DNA from: Anaerolineae bacterium
GTDB taxonomy: Bacteria; Chloroflexota; Anaerolineae; UBA1429
Reading direction: 5' to 3'
DNA: 64,000 bases
NCBI GenBank assembly: GCA_040767425.1
Contig: JAXGON010000005.1
Coordinates: forward strand, 26,969 to 90,968
Shown: piece after piece, positions 51,576 through 61,865 of the stretch
Position numbering within the stretch: the first letter of the stretch is position 1
How the letters are laid out: each line of letters starts with the position of its first letter
The notes under the pieces: model-generated
Databases searched by the model: none
Seen by the model: only the letters and a program-made list of their open reading frames with translations
What the model was told of the DNA's origin: nothing
Made by a program: the position numbers and the translations under genes

Positions 51576-53255
51576 ATGTCCGCATCCTATCGCATCGGTC
51601 TGGCTGATCCGGCCTCCCCGTCTTTGGCCACCGCTGCGCGCCTGCTCAACGCCGAGATCGTGCGGCACGGCGCGCCACCCCTCCCCACGGAGGGTCCTGC
51701 CCCCACCCTCTCGCTAGCGCTGGATCCGACCCTCCCCGCCGAAGGGTATGCCCTGCGCGACGCGCCCGAGGAGGGTCTAGCGCTGGCCGGGGCCGATGCC
51801 CGCGGGTTGGTCTACGGCGTGGGGCGGCTCTTGCGCGAAGGAGAGTTCACGGCCCAAGGCTGGACCCCCGGCGCCTGGCGCGGGGCCGACCGGCCGGCGC
51901 TGCCGGTACGGGGGATCTATTTCGCCACCCACTTTTACAACTATTACCACGTAGCCCCCATCGAAGAGATCCAACGCTATGTCCAGGAGCTGGCGCTGTG
52001 GGGCATCAACGTGGTGGCCGTCTGGTTCGACCTCCACCATTTCCGCGGCCTCGATGATCCCGCCGCCCAGGCCATGTTGGAGCGGCTGCGGGCCATCCTG
52101 CAGGCCGCCCGCGACGTGGGGCTGGATACGGCGCTCACCACCATCGCCAACGAGGGCTATGACGACAGCCCGCCGGACCTGCGCGCCGACTGGACCGCTG
52201 GTCACAACGGCTATCATCATCCCCCAGGCGGGCACTACCACCGCGAGCTATGCCCCAGCCAGCCGGGCGCCATCGAGCTAGAGCTGCGCTGGGCGGCCGA
52301 GCGGCTGGAGGCGTTCTCGGACGTGGGCATCGACTATCTCTGGCTTTGGCCCTATGACCAGGGCGGCTGCACCTGCCCCCAGTGCGCGCCCTGGGGCGCC
52401 AACGGCTTTCTCAAGATGGCCGAGCCGCTAGCTCGCCAGTTCAAGGAGCACAACCCCCAAGGCCAAGTGCTGCTCTCTACCTGGTATTTCGACCACTTTA
52501 TCCAGGGAGAGTGGGAGGCGTTCGACGAGGCGCTGCCGCGACCCTGTCCGTGGGCCGACTATCTCATCGTCGATGACGCCGTGGACCTGTTCCCGCCCTA
52601 CCCCCGCAGGCACGGCGCGCCTGGCGGCCTGCCCATGGTGGGCTTTCCCGAGATCAGCATGTTCGCCAACTGGCCCTGGGGCGGCTACGGCGCCAACCCC
52701 TATCCGGCGCGGCTGCAGCGCTACTGGGACGAGGCCGGATCGCGGCTGGCGGGAGGGTTCCCTTACTCGGAAGGCATCTATGAGGATCTAAACAAGGCCC
52801 TCTGCGCCGGGCTCTACTGGCATCCCGGCTCTCCGGTGCAGGACACGCTGCGAGCCTACCTGGCCTACGAGTTCGGCGCCGACCACGCTGACGACCTGGC
52901 CACGGCCGTGGCGGCGATGGAGGGCGCCCTGCCGCACCACCTGGATTACCGTTCGGATCCGCCGCGGGTGCACGCGCCCGCCATGCCACAAGCCGCCCTT
53001 GCTTGGGAGATCGTCTCCGGCGTGGATACCGCCCTGCCGCCAGCGGTGCGGCAAGGCTGGCGCTGGCGCGTGCTCTATCTCCGGGCGTGGATCGATGCCG
53101 AGCTCGCGGAGAGTAACGGCGTGCTCACCGAGGCCTGCTACGCCGCGGCGGAAGAGCTAGCCAGCATCTACCACGCCGGGCGGGCGGGCATCGAGGGATC
53201 GGTCTACCCGCCGACGAGGCGGATGGTGGCGAACATGCAACACAAAGAGAACTAG
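51576..53255 (+). CDS. Putative glycoside hydrolase (GH20/GH67-like N-terminal domain + TIM barrel)
   Basis: EGYAL...GADARGLVYGVGRLL, P...VRGIY, WPYDQGGCTC..C. Confidence 0.72.
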   Translation: MSASYRIGLADPASPSLATAARLLNAEIVRHGAPPLPTEGPAPTLSLALDPTLPAEGYALRDAPEEGLALAGADARGLVYGVGRLLREGEFTAQGWTPGAWRGADRPALPVRGIYFATHFYNYYHVAPIEEIQRYVQELALWGINVVAVWFDLHHFRGLDDPAAQAMLERLRAILQAARDVGLDTALTTIANEGYDDSPPDLRADWTAGHNGYHHPPGGHYHRELCPSQPGAIELELRWAAERLEAFSDVGIDYLWLWPYDQGGCTCPQCAPWGANGFLKMAEPLARQFKEHNPQGQVLLSTWYFDHFIQGEWEAFDEALPRPCPWADYLIVDDAVDLFPPYPRRHGAPGGLPMVGFPEISMFANWPWGGYGANPYPARLQRYWDEAGSRLAGGFPYSEGIYEDLNKALCAGLYWHPGSPVQDTLRAYLAYEFGADHADDLATAVAAMEGALPHHLDYRSDPPRVHAPAMPQAALAWEIVSGVDTALPPAVRQGWRWRVLYLRAWIDAELAESNGVLTEACYAAAEELASIYHAGRAGIEGSVYPPTRRMVANMQHKEN

Positions 53256-53259
53256 CCCG

Positions 53260-54201
53260 ATGCAACCTATTGCTCTCACGCCAATTGACCTGTTTGACAT
53301 GCTAGACCTGCCGGCACTGCACTATGGACCTGACGAGTGGGCCCAGTGCTTTGCTGACCTGGCGAGAGACCGCTTCACCATGGTGTGCGTACAGATGTCC
53401 GTGCTGCGAGACCGGGCCGCCTATCCCAGCCGCGCCGTGCCTCAGCAGCTCCCCTATGACGCACTGGGCATGGTGTTCGAGCTGGCCGAACGGCACGGCC
53501 TGCAGGTGGTCTTGGGCCTGGCCGACGTCACCTATTTTCGGCAGTTCCAGGACAGGGGTGGGCGGTGGGATCCGGAGCAAGATCTGCAGGTGAACCTGCG
53601 CGTCGCCCCTGAGCTGAACGCACGCTACGGCGACCATCCGGCCCTGTGGGGCTGGTACATCCCGCACGAAGCCGGCGATCGGATCCATCGGGGCGACGTG
53701 ATGCGGATTCTCACGCGGCTCCCGCGCTTCCTGAAAGCGATGCGCCCCGATCTGCCGGTGGCCCACGGCCCCTGGTTCACCTCGCGGCTGACGCTGGGCG
53801 ACGACGCCACCACGCCCGCCCAGTTCGCCGACGAGTGGGACGCGATGTTGAGCGAGATCGAGGGCATCGACGTCTATGCCATTCAGGATGGCACCGCCCC
53901 CGACGACGAGATGGACGATTGGTACGCCGCCGCGGCGCCAGTGTTCGCCGCCCACGGCGCAAAGCTCTGGGCCGTCAATGAGGCCTTTCCCCGCACGGAA
54001 CGCACCGCCGACGTGAATCGCGCCATCACCTGGGAGCGCCTTGCTCGGAGGATGGCCATCACCGAGGCATACGTCGAGCGCCACGCCGTGTTCGACTATC
54101 CGCACTATATGAGCCCACGCTCGCCGGTGGCGGGAGCGGCCGAGCTCAACGCGGCCTATCGGCAATGGCTGAGTCAAGCCACCGACGGACCACGCCCGTA
54201 G
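53260..54201 (+). CDS. DUF4434-like putative glycoside hydrolase
   Basis: YPS, G.QV.LGL, YGDHPALWGWYIPHE, QDG, W..NEAF. Confidence 0.75.
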   Translation: MQPIALTPIDLFDMLDLPALHYGPDEWAQCFADLARDRFTMVCVQMSVLRDRAAYPSRAVPQQLPYDALGMVFELAERHGLQVVLGLADVTYFRQFQDRGGRWDPEQDLQVNLRVAPELNARYGDHPALWGWYIPHEAGDRIHRGDVMRILTRLPRFLKAMRPDLPVAHGPWFTSRLTLGDDATTPAQFADEWDAMLSEIEGIDVYAIQDGTAPDDEMDDWYAAAAPVFAAHGAKLWAVNEAFPRTERTADVNRAITWERLARRMAITEAYVERHAVFDYPHYMSPRSPVAGAAELNAAYRQWLSQATDGPRP

Positions 54202-54211
54202 AGGAGTCGCC

Positions 54212-55795
54212 ATGCCAGCAATCATGCGCCAGGGCCAAGTTCACGAGTGGACCTTGTACGCCGCCTCAAGCTACCGCAATCCCTTTGCCGACGTCCTGCT
54301 GGATGCCAGCTTGACCGCGCCGGACGGGGCCATCCATCAGATGCCCGCGTTCTACGATGGCGAGGGACGCTGGCGGATCCGGTTCACGCCGCGGCAGCCC
54401 GGCCGCTGGACCCTGCGTACGCTGCCACGCCCTCACGACGACGGCCTCTGCCAGGAGATCGTCTTTGACGTGGCCCCAGCAGAGGGCCGCGGCACGCTGC
54501 GAGCTACGCCCGGCCGCGCCTGGGGCTTTCACTGGGATGATGGCCAACCTGCATTTCTGCTGGGCGATACGGTTTACAACCTGTTCGGCATGGCCCACTG
54601 CGGCCTGGGGGTGGACGCGTTCCTTGACCGCCGCGCCGCGCAAGGCTTCAACCTGCTACGGGTTCGCCTGCCGGTCAGCCCGTTTCATCCGCCCGAGGGG
54701 TACTCGAGCTGGCAACACCGTCGCACCTGGCCTTGGGGCGGGAGCGAGCAGTCGCCCCAGTTTGACCGCTTCAACCTGGACTATTTCGCCACCGTGGATC
54801 GGGTCGTGCGCCGCGTGGAGGCGCTGGGCCTCGGCCTGGAGATGATCATGGAGGCCTGGGGATTCGAGTTTCCCTTCAATGCGCGCCAGCGCTTTGTCGC
54901 CGAGTGGGAAGAGCTGTGGATGCGTTACCTGATCGCCCGCTATGACGCCTACAACTGCGTCTGGTTCTGGACGCCACTGAACGAGTACGAGTACTATCCC
55001 GATGGCGATTGGCGCCACAGTCCCGTGGCCGACCGCTGGGCGCTGCGCATCGCCCGCTGGATCAAGCGCACCGCTCCTCACGGCCACATCATATCGGTGC
55101 ATAACGGCCCCACCACGCCGCCCTTTGCCGAGCGCTTCTGCCAAGACCCGACTGCCATCGACGCCATCATGCTTCAAACCTGGGGCACCACCGGAGCCGA
55201 CGACGGCTGGCTGGCCGCGGGGATCGAGGATACCGCGGCGCGAGCCCTGGCAGGGTGGCAGGGATCAGCACTGCTGGCCGAATGGGGCTATGAGCGCAAT
55301 CCGGGCTTTGAGCTGCGCATGCCTGGGCACCGCTACTGCGATGTGGACCACACGCGCCGCGGCGCTTGGCGCGGCCTGTTCAGCGGGTTGGGGATCATCC
55401 ACGGCTTTGAGAACTCGTGGGGGCCCTGGGGCGTGCTAGATCAGGACCAACCCGGCCTCGCGCAGCTGCTGCTGGCTCACCACTTTGTGACCGAGATCGC
55501 GCCCTTTGCCCGGCTCGCTCCGGCGCCAGAGTTGGTCCCGCCCGAGGACGTGGCCACCGGACGCAGGCCCTTGGCCTTGGCCAGCGCCGAACGTGATGTG
55601 CTGTGCTACTATCTGCCCGCAGGCGAGACCATCTCGCCACCTGGCAACCTGGGGTCATGGCAGCAGGCTCGCTGGTTCGACCCACGGGAGGGATCGCTGC
55701 GAGCCGCCCGCCCCACCGACGCCGGCGGATTTGATGCGCCCCAGAGCGGCCCCGCCGACCGACCGTGGGACTGGGTTTTGCTGCTGGAGCGGTAG
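54212..55795 (+). CDS. DUF5060/DUF4038 GH140 (apiosidase)-like protein
   Basis: NPF.DV, FYDG..W.IRF.P..PG.W, LGDT, NEY, E.GYE, WFDPR.G, DWVLLL. Confidence 0.82.
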   Translation: MPAIMRQGQVHEWTLYAASSYRNPFADVLLDASLTAPDGAIHQMPAFYDGEGRWRIRFTPRQPGRWTLRTLPRPHDDGLCQEIVFDVAPAEGRGTLRATPGRAWGFHWDDGQPAFLLGDTVYNLFGMAHCGLGVDAFLDRRAAQGFNLLRVRLPVSPFHPPEGYSSWQHRRTWPWGGSEQSPQFDRFNLDYFATVDRVVRRVEALGLGLEMIMEAWGFEFPFNARQRFVAEWEELWMRYLIARYDAYNCVWFWTPLNEYEYYPDGDWRHSPVADRWALRIARWIKRTAPHGHIISVHNGPTTPPFAERFCQDPTAIDAIMLQTWGTTGADDGWLAAGIEDTAARALAGWQGSALLAEWGYERNPGFELRMPGHRYCDVDHTRRGAWRGLFSGLGIIHGFENSWGPWGVLDQDQPGLAQLLLAHHFVTEIAPFARLAPAPELVPPEDVATGRRPLALASAERDVLCYYLPAGETISPPGNLGSWQQARWFDPREGSLRAARPTDAGGFDAPQSGPADRPWDWVLLLER

Positions 55796-55825
55796 GCCGA
55801 ACCTCAAGACCCACCCTCGGAACAA

Positions 55826-55858
55826 AACCGCGCTCGATGGTGTACATCGAGCGCGGTT
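55826..55858. terminator. Bidirectional hairpin
   Basis: AACCGCGCTCGATG/CATCGAGCGCGGTT between convergent genes. Confidence 0.65.
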
Positions 55859-55967
55859 CTTCGGTCTATGCAGTTGTACGGTCCTGACGGCGATCGGATT
55901 GCGAGCTTGATCCTGGCGCTAGCCGGGAATCACCCTCAGCGCTCGCCCGCGCCGCCGACGTTGCGAG

Positions 55968-56258
55968 TTACCAGCGACGCCCGCGGTCACCACCGCGATC
56001 GGAGCGCTCGCGAGGCGGGTTCGCCTCGGCAACCTTGAGGTTGCGGCCATCGAGATCCTTGCCGTCCAGCTCGGAAATGGCCGTAGCGGCGTCCGCCTCG
56101 TTCTCCATGGTCACAAAGCCAAACCCGCGAGCACGGCCGGTCTCGCGGTCCGTGATTACGGCGGCTTCGGCCACGGGGCCGATGGCCTCAAAGTGACGGC
56201 GTAGGCCGTCCTCGGTCGTGTTATAGGACAGATTGCCTACGTACAGTTTCTTACCCAT
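55968..56258 (-). CDS. RRM (RNP-1) RNA-binding protein
   Basis: RNP2 LYVGNL, RNP1 RGFGFVTM, RGG tail. Confidence 0.95.
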   Translation of the reverse strand: MGKKLYVGNLSYNTTEDGLRRHFEAIGPVAEAAVITDRETGRARGFGFVTMENEADAATAISELDGKDLDGRNLKVAEANPPRERSDRGGDRGRRW

Positions 56259-56527
56259 CGATTCTCTTCCTCATTTTCCTGTGGTCAGTTCTCGGCCAGG
56301 GCACTCAGACCCACCGGGTCAGCGTGACTGCTGAGGGCGCTAGAAACGCGTCAAGGGTTTCGCTGCATGAGGGTCCTACGTAGCCCAGTCCTCGTAACGA
56401 GCTCTCTTGGAAGAGGATCGACGGTCAGGAACCGGTTTTCGTCAGGCCTTCTCAGTGCGCCATGGCCTTCAATGGTAACACATACAATATGGACCCATTT
56501 GCTTGTGCCGTCAAATTGGGACAGTAG

Positions 56528-56970
56528 CTGCAGGCCCGCGGCGAGCCGGTCGACCTAACCGAGCTCATGGGCGCCAGCGGGTGGGCCTTTCGCATCATCG
56601 CCTACGAGGAGCTTTGTCCCTCCGCCACCAGCGTGTTCGATTGGGGCACCATCCTGCCCAAGACGGTGCGCCAGGCCATCAGGTAGGTGACCTCATAGCC
56701 TTGAGCGAGGAACAGCGCCGCGAGCTGCGCCCCCAGGCCCTGGACGCCATCCGCACCGCCCTGGATGACGGCATCTTGCCCATCGGCTGGGATATCCAGG
56801 AGCCACCCGAATGGGGCGTGATCACCGGCTATGACGACGGCGCCGCCCCGCTCCATACCCAGTACGAGGGCCAGCCCAGCACGCTGCCCTATGACCGGCT
56901 GGGCAAGCGCGAGATCGCCATCCTCGCGGTAATCATCGAGCGGTTTCTGACGCAGGGCGAGGCGAACGCT
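56528..56970 (+). pseudogene. Fragmented gene of an uncharacterised family (BtrH N-terminal-like)
   Basis: One frame gives PVDLTELMGASGWAFRI..LCPSATSVFDW to TAG 56684. A second frame gives AIRTALDDG..IGWD..PEWGVITGYDD. No start or SD. Confidence 0.55.
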
Positions 56971-58090
56971 ACGGCGTCGTGGGCAGACGGCGCCGATGAC
57001 GGCGGGTGGCCAAGGCGGCCAGCGCGGTGCAGATCGGCACCGTGGCCACCATGCCGCAGCTCGTCACCAGCATCCGCACGATCTCTTCGGAGACCGGCTC
57101 GAGGCTGAGAGCATAGAGCGGCGACATGTTCTGGTCGGACATGAGGAGCAGCAGCGGCAAGGCGGCGCCGGCAAAGACCAGCACCAAGGTATTCACCATG
57201 GACGCGATATGGTCCTGCCCCACCTGCATGGCCCGCTGATAGAGCTGTTGCCAGGAATACGAGGGATTAGCTCGGTGGAGCTGCTCCACCACGGCCGCCT
57301 GCGCCACGGTGATGTCATCCAGCACCCCCAACATGCTGACGATCATCCCTGCCAGCAGCAGGCCGCGCACATCGGCCACCTCCGGGCGCATCACCCGCAG
57401 CAGCCCCACCTCCTCGGAGGCGTACCCGCTGAGCTGCGCCACCTCTACCGCGGCCACGGCCATCAGCCCCGTCAGCACTAGCCCGACCAGCGATCCCACC
57501 AGGGCCACGGTGGTCTTGCGATTGAATCCGTGCGCCAAATAGTAGCTTACCGGCATGGTCACCGCCGCGCCGAGCAGCGCGCTGGTCACCGGTTCGCGCC
57601 CCTCGGCCAGCCGCGGCAGCACCAGCATAAAGATAACCGCGAACGAAAAGGCCATTCCGAGGAGCGCCAGCGCGCCCCGGTCTCGAGCGATCAGCACCAC
57701 CAGGGCCACCAGTGCGACGGCCAAAAAGCCCAGACGCGGCCAGCGGACATACCCTACCACGTAATAGGACGGCTCTGTGCCCTCGATGATGGTCTCGGTA
57801 ACATACACCAGGTCGCCGACTTGATAGGGCACCTGCCCGGCATACGTCTCGATATGATGCTCGACCTCCAGTAACTCGTCAGCGCGCGGTCCGGAGCGAA
57901 CTACCAGCTCGAGATGCTGCACCAGACGCGGATAGCCGAGCACCTCGATCTCCTGCTCGTCGGCCACATAGGCCACCACCGCCACCAACGTCTGGTCGCT
58001 GGCGGGCTCGGCCGTATCGGCCACCACGACGGTACCCACCAGCAACAGCGTCAGGATCACCAGCAGCCCACGGATCGTTCGCTTGTGCAT
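56969..58090 (-). CDS. YibE/F family membrane protein
   Basis: LGVLDDITVAQ, VGQDHIASMVNTLVL..AGA.LP, EIVR.L. Confidence 0.9.
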   Translation of the reverse strand: MHKRTIRGLLVILTLLLVGTVVVADTAEPASDQTLVAVVAYVADEQEIEVLGYPRLVQHLELVVRSGPRADELLEVEHHIETYAGQVPYQVGDLVYVTETIIEGTEPSYYVVGYVRWPRLGFLAVALVALVVLIARDRGALALLGMAFSFAVIFMLVLPRLAEGREPVTSALLGAAVTMPVSYYLAHGFNRKTTVALVGSLVGLVLTGLMAVAAVEVAQLSGYASEEVGLLRVMRPEVADVRGLLLAGMIVSMLGVLDDITVAQAAVVEQLHRANPSYSWQQLYQRAMQVGQDHIASMVNTLVLVFAGAALPLLLLMSDQNMSPLYALSLEPVSEEIVRMLVTSCGMVATVPICTALAALATRRHRRRLPTTP

Positions 58091-58190
58091 GCTCACCACC
58101 TCTCCCTGGCGAGGCAGCGCCCCACCCGAGCAAAGAGCGCCAGGCGCGGGCGCCCAGCGCTCTCTCGTTGCCTAACCGACGTGAGCCGCA

Positions 58191-58640
58191 TTAGCCTGCT
58201 GGCTCATCCTCCAGCGCCTGTGAACAGGCGCGACACAGTCCCGCGATGGTCAGCTTTTCGGGGATAGCCGTGAAACCGTACATCTCTTGCAGGGCGTTCA
58301 AGAACGGGCGCGCCTCGTCCAGCGGCATCCCCTCCACCGCCCCGCAACGCTGGCACACCAGATGGAGATGCGGCCCATGAACGCCCAGCAGCTCATAGCG
58401 CCGCTGACCGTCCTCGCCCTCCAGCACGGCCACAAAGCCGAACTGGCTCAAGAGGTCGAGCGTGCGATAGACCGTAGAGATGTCGACGGCGCTGGCGCTG
58501 GACTGCACCAAATGGTGGATCTCTTCTGCCGTGGCCAAGCCTTCGATGTCGTGGAGCGCCCGCAACACCAGCTCGCGCTGAGGCGTCAGCCTCAGCCCGG
58601 CCTCATGCAACCGCTTGAGAAACTCGGCCTCACAAGCCAT
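58191..58640 (-). CDS. Fur family metalloregulator
   Basis: GLRLTPQR, STVYRTL, HLHLVCQRCG, GLCRAC. Confidence 0.92.
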   Translation of the reverse strand: MACEAEFLKRLHEAGLRLTPQRELVLRALHDIEGLATAEEIHHLVQSSASAVDISTVYRTLDLLSQFGFVAVLEGEDGQRRYELLGVHGPHLHLVCQRCGAVEGMPLDEARPFLNALQEMYGFTAIPEKLTIAGLCRACSQALEDEPAG

Positions 58641-58738
58641 GTTGACCTCACCACTGTGCTACGGGCCCCACCTTAGCACAGCAAACGCCCCGCGTCCAAT
58701 GGAGGACGTGGGGCGCTGAAGGCAAGATATGGGATGGA

Positions 58739-59152
58739 TCAGGACCCGCAAAAGCCTTCCACGGCCGAGGCAAAATCCTGGGTGTTGATCGGCTTGAGCA
58801 TAAAGGCCATGCGCGGATCGTTGGATAGCAATTGGGTGAGCTCTCCGTCGGGGGGAGCAGCAGAGACCAGAAGGATCCCCAGCTCGGGATAGCGGCTACG
58901 CAGACGTCGCGCCAGCGAGGTGCCCAGCTCACCGGGCATGTGCACGTCCGACACCACCGCGCCGAGCGCGCCGTCACGGGCGGTGATGATGGCATCCGCC
59001 TCGGCGGCGTTACCGGCGCCCAAGACCTCATACCCAAAACGCTGGAGGATGCGATGGCAGAGCACCCGCATATCCGGATGATCATCGACCACCAAGACCG
59101 TACGCCTAACCTGGGTTGCAGTGTCCGTCTCAGCGCTCAAGGATGTATCCAC
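58739..59152 (-). CDS. Single-domain response regulator (REC)
   Basis: VLVVDD, SDVHMPG, VSA, LKP. GGAGG SD. Confidence 0.88.
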   Translation of the reverse strand: MDTSLSAETDTATQVRRTVLVVDDHPDMRVLCHRILQRFGYEVLGAGNAAEADAIITARDGALGAVVSDVHMPGELGTSLARRLRSRYPELGILLVSAAPPDGELTQLLSNDPRMAFMLKPINTQDFASAVEGFCGS

Positions 59153-59263
59153 GATGTTGTCCTCCCGACGCTAGCTGTTGCGAAAGTTTGACTAGGTCGC
59201 TCACATCGCCTTGGGCGACGCCGCAGCATCGGGGCGCGGATATCGACGGAGCAGACGCCACCG

Positions 59264-59292
59264 AGAATAGGACAATAAGGCTATACGGTCAA
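59264..59292 (-). promoter_or_regulatory. sigma70-type promoter for the response regulator
   Basis: Minus strand TTGACC-17 bp-TATTCT. Confidence 0.55.
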
Positions 59293-59449
59293 GCGTTTTT
59301 ATCCCCAAAATGCGTCATATTTGTGCCATCTTTCTGCCATCCGTAGGCCATGCCCGGATGATCCGTTGGCCAAGGCCGAGGGGAACGTTTGGCCCGCTCG
59401 CGCCGTCTTCTGTATGATGCACGCTACGCCGTAATGGGAGTGCCAGGCC

Positions 59450-61051
59450 ATGTCCACCGACGCAGACCGGTACGAGACACAGCCCCTGGAGAGGCCGACC
59501 CGCCAGCCTGAACCGGCTCCGGCGGGGCGGCGTTATGCCCATCCGCTGGTGGGGTTCGCGGCGGTCTTTTTGGGGCTGGCCATGGGCTTGGCGCTGCTCT
59601 ATGGGCTGCTCGTCGGCAGCCAACGTCTCTATGCCGACCGCATGTTGCCAAACACCTATGTGCTCGGCATCGACATTTCGGGCCTCACTCTGGAGCAGGC
59701 GGCGGCCGCGCTGGGGGACGCTCCGGCCCCGGCGCACCAAGGCATCCTCCTGCTGGATGCGGGCGACCGCGTCTACGAGAGCAGCTGGCATGACGCCGGC
59801 TTGCGTTATGACCCCCAAGCCACAGCCCAGACGGCCTTTCGCATCGGCCACGAGCCAGCTGATCTCGATCCACGCCGCTGGATACGCGTCCTTCGCGCGC
59901 GCCATGATGTCCCACCCACCTACCGGCTGGATGCCGACCAGGCCCGCCAGATGCTCAACCTGGCTGCGCCAGCGCTGGCCGTGGCGCCAGGCCCTAGCTC
60001 GCTGTCCCTGGAGGAAGGCCGCGTCACTGTCCACCCAGGCGCTCCCGGACGCACGCTGGATGTCGAGGCGACCCTGGCCAACCTGGTAACCCAAGCCGGC
60101 AGGGGCGACCTCGTCTCGCCCGTCGCCATGGTGTTCACTCCCCAAGAGGCGCCAGCGCTGGATACGGGCCCCATCCAAAGCCAGGTCGACGCGTTGCTGG
60201 CCCCGCGGATCGTCGTTGAGAGCTATGACCTGGTGCAGGACCGGTGGTACCAATGGCAACTGGACGCCGAAGAGATGGCGACCTGGATCCGCCTGCGGCG
60301 CTCGGAGGATCGGCCGGACGACCCCGCCGCCGTCGAGGCGTTCCTGGCCGAGGAGGCCGTGGCATCCACCGTCGAGCGCTTGTCGCAAGAGCTGCCCAAT
60401 GGCTATCGCCTCCGCCCATACGAGGCCGTCCCGGCCCTGCTGCAGGCCCACGCGGCCGGCGGCGGCACGGTCACCCTCTACCTGAGCCATGATCCGCGCG
60501 AGTACACCGTCCAGGCGGGCGATACGGGCGAAAAGATCGCTGAGCGCCACGGCATGCCGCTATGGACCCTCCAGCAGGCCAACCCCGATACCGACCTGAA
60601 CATGCTCCGCGTCGGCCAGACGCTGGTGATCCCTTCGCAGGACGTGCTTACCCCGCTGATGCCCGTGGCCCACAAGCGGATCGTCATCAGCGTGAGCCAG
60701 CGGCGGCTGCGCGCCTACGAGCATGGCCAGCTCATCTGGGACTGGCTGGTGGCCGTGGGCCGAGATAGCTCGCCCACCCATCCCGGCATCTATCAGGTGC
60801 TCGACCGCGAGGAGGAAGCCTACGCCAGCCTGTGGGATCTGCACATGCCCCACTTTATCTCCGTGTACGAAGCCGGGCCCGGCTTTTACAACGGCATCCA
60901 CGGCCTGCCGCTGCTCTCCTCGGGGTATCGCTTGTGGGAGGGCGCATTGGGCACCGACGCCTCCTACGGCTGCATCGTGCTGGGCTTGGCCGAGGCCGAG
61001 CAGCTCTACCACTGGGCCGAGCCCGGCGTGCCGGTGATCATCGAGCCGTAG
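59450..61051 (+). CDS. L,D-transpeptidase family protein with PG_binding_4-like and LysM domains
   Basis: TM anchor, GIDISGLT, LysM YTVQAGDT..IA..HG, catalytic GIHG...SYGCI. Confidence 0.9.
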   Translation: MSTDADRYETQPLERPTRQPEPAPAGRRYAHPLVGFAAVFLGLAMGLALLYGLLVGSQRLYADRMLPNTYVLGIDISGLTLEQAAAALGDAPAPAHQGILLLDAGDRVYESSWHDAGLRYDPQATAQTAFRIGHEPADLDPRRWIRVLRARHDVPPTYRLDADQARQMLNLAAPALAVAPGPSSLSLEEGRVTVHPGAPGRTLDVEATLANLVTQAGRGDLVSPVAMVFTPQEAPALDTGPIQSQVDALLAPRIVVESYDLVQDRWYQWQLDAEEMATWIRLRRSEDRPDDPAAVEAFLAEEAVASTVERLSQELPNGYRLRPYEAVPALLQAHAAGGGTVTLYLSHDPREYTVQAGDTGEKIAERHGMPLWTLQQANPDTDLNMLRVGQTLVIPSQDVLTPLMPVAHKRIVISVSQRRLRAYEHGQLIWDWLVAVGRDSSPTHPGIYQVLDREEEAYASLWDLHMPHFISVYEAGPGFYNGIHGLPLLSSGYRLWEGALGTDASYGCIVLGLAEAEQLYHWAEPGVPVIIEP

Positions 61052-61151
61052 CCCCCGCCTGATCGTTTCCGATCGTCCTTGCCCTGGCACCACCCCAGCG
61101 GGTATACTCGCCCCGTGGCAAGACGTTTCCCGCGGAAGGACGGATCACACC

Positions 61152-61613
61152 ATGCCCAAGACGGCCGTCATTGGCGCCCGCAAGCGCATCGCCCTGGTGG
61201 CGCATGACAACAAAAAGCGCGACCTGATCGAATGGGCACGCTACAACCGAGACTTTTTGGCGTCGCACGTCATCTATGCCACTGGCACGACCGGCAAGCT
61301 CCTGGAGCTGACGCTGGGGATTGACATCCAGTGCGTGAACTCTGGCCCGCTCGGCGGCGACATGCAGATCGGCGCTCGCATCGCCGATGGCGAGATCGAT
61401 TTCCTGATCTTTTTCTGGGATCCCCTCGACTCTGTTCCCCACGACCCCGACGTCAAGGCGCTGCTACGCATCGCCCAGGTGTGGAACATCCCCGTGGCCA
61501 CCAACCGCGCCTCGGCCGACTTTATGGTGTCGTCGCGCCTGATGGACCAGGCCTACGAGCGAATCCTCCCCGACATGGAGGCCTATCTCAATCGACGGAT
61601 CGAGGAGATCTAG
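61152..61613 (+). CDS. mgsA: Methylglyoxal synthase
   Basis: IALVAHDNKK, ATGTTG, SGPLGGD.QIG, PHDPDVKALLR. Confidence 0.96.
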   Translation: MPKTAVIGARKRIALVAHDNKKRDLIEWARYNRDFLASHVIYATGTTGKLLELTLGIDIQCVNSGPLGGDMQIGARIADGEIDFLIFFWDPLDSVPHDPDVKALLRIAQVWNIPVATNRASADFMVSSRLMDQAYERILPDMEAYLNRRIEEI

Positions 61614-61617
61614 GCGT

Positions 61618-61863
61618 ATGGACGAGCTGCACTCCCAAGCCGAGAGCGACCTAGAGGAGGACTCGCTCCCCCTGCAGGAACAAGAGTTCTCAGAGCTGGT
61701 GCGTTATACCGGCGTGGGATACGTGGGCGGCCTGCTCCTGGGCCTGGCACTGGACGCGTTGGGGTTTCAGGCCAGCGGCCTGGGCCAGGCGCTGGGGCCG
61801 CTACCCCCTGGCCTGAGACTGACGGTCTGGCCCCTGAGCAAGGCGATCATAGGAGGGCAGTAG
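61618..61863 (+). pseudogene. Short membrane-protein ORF, probably a truncated fragment
   Basis: FSELVRYT..GYVGGLLLG..LD.LGFQ looks like a protein N-terminus and then runs into the next gene's SD region. Confidence 0.45.
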
Positions 61864-61865
61864 GA

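Noticed and set aside
59310-59330. sigma54 promoter (TGGCAC on the minus strand)
   Set aside because: The -12 TTGC element is not present at the required spacing.
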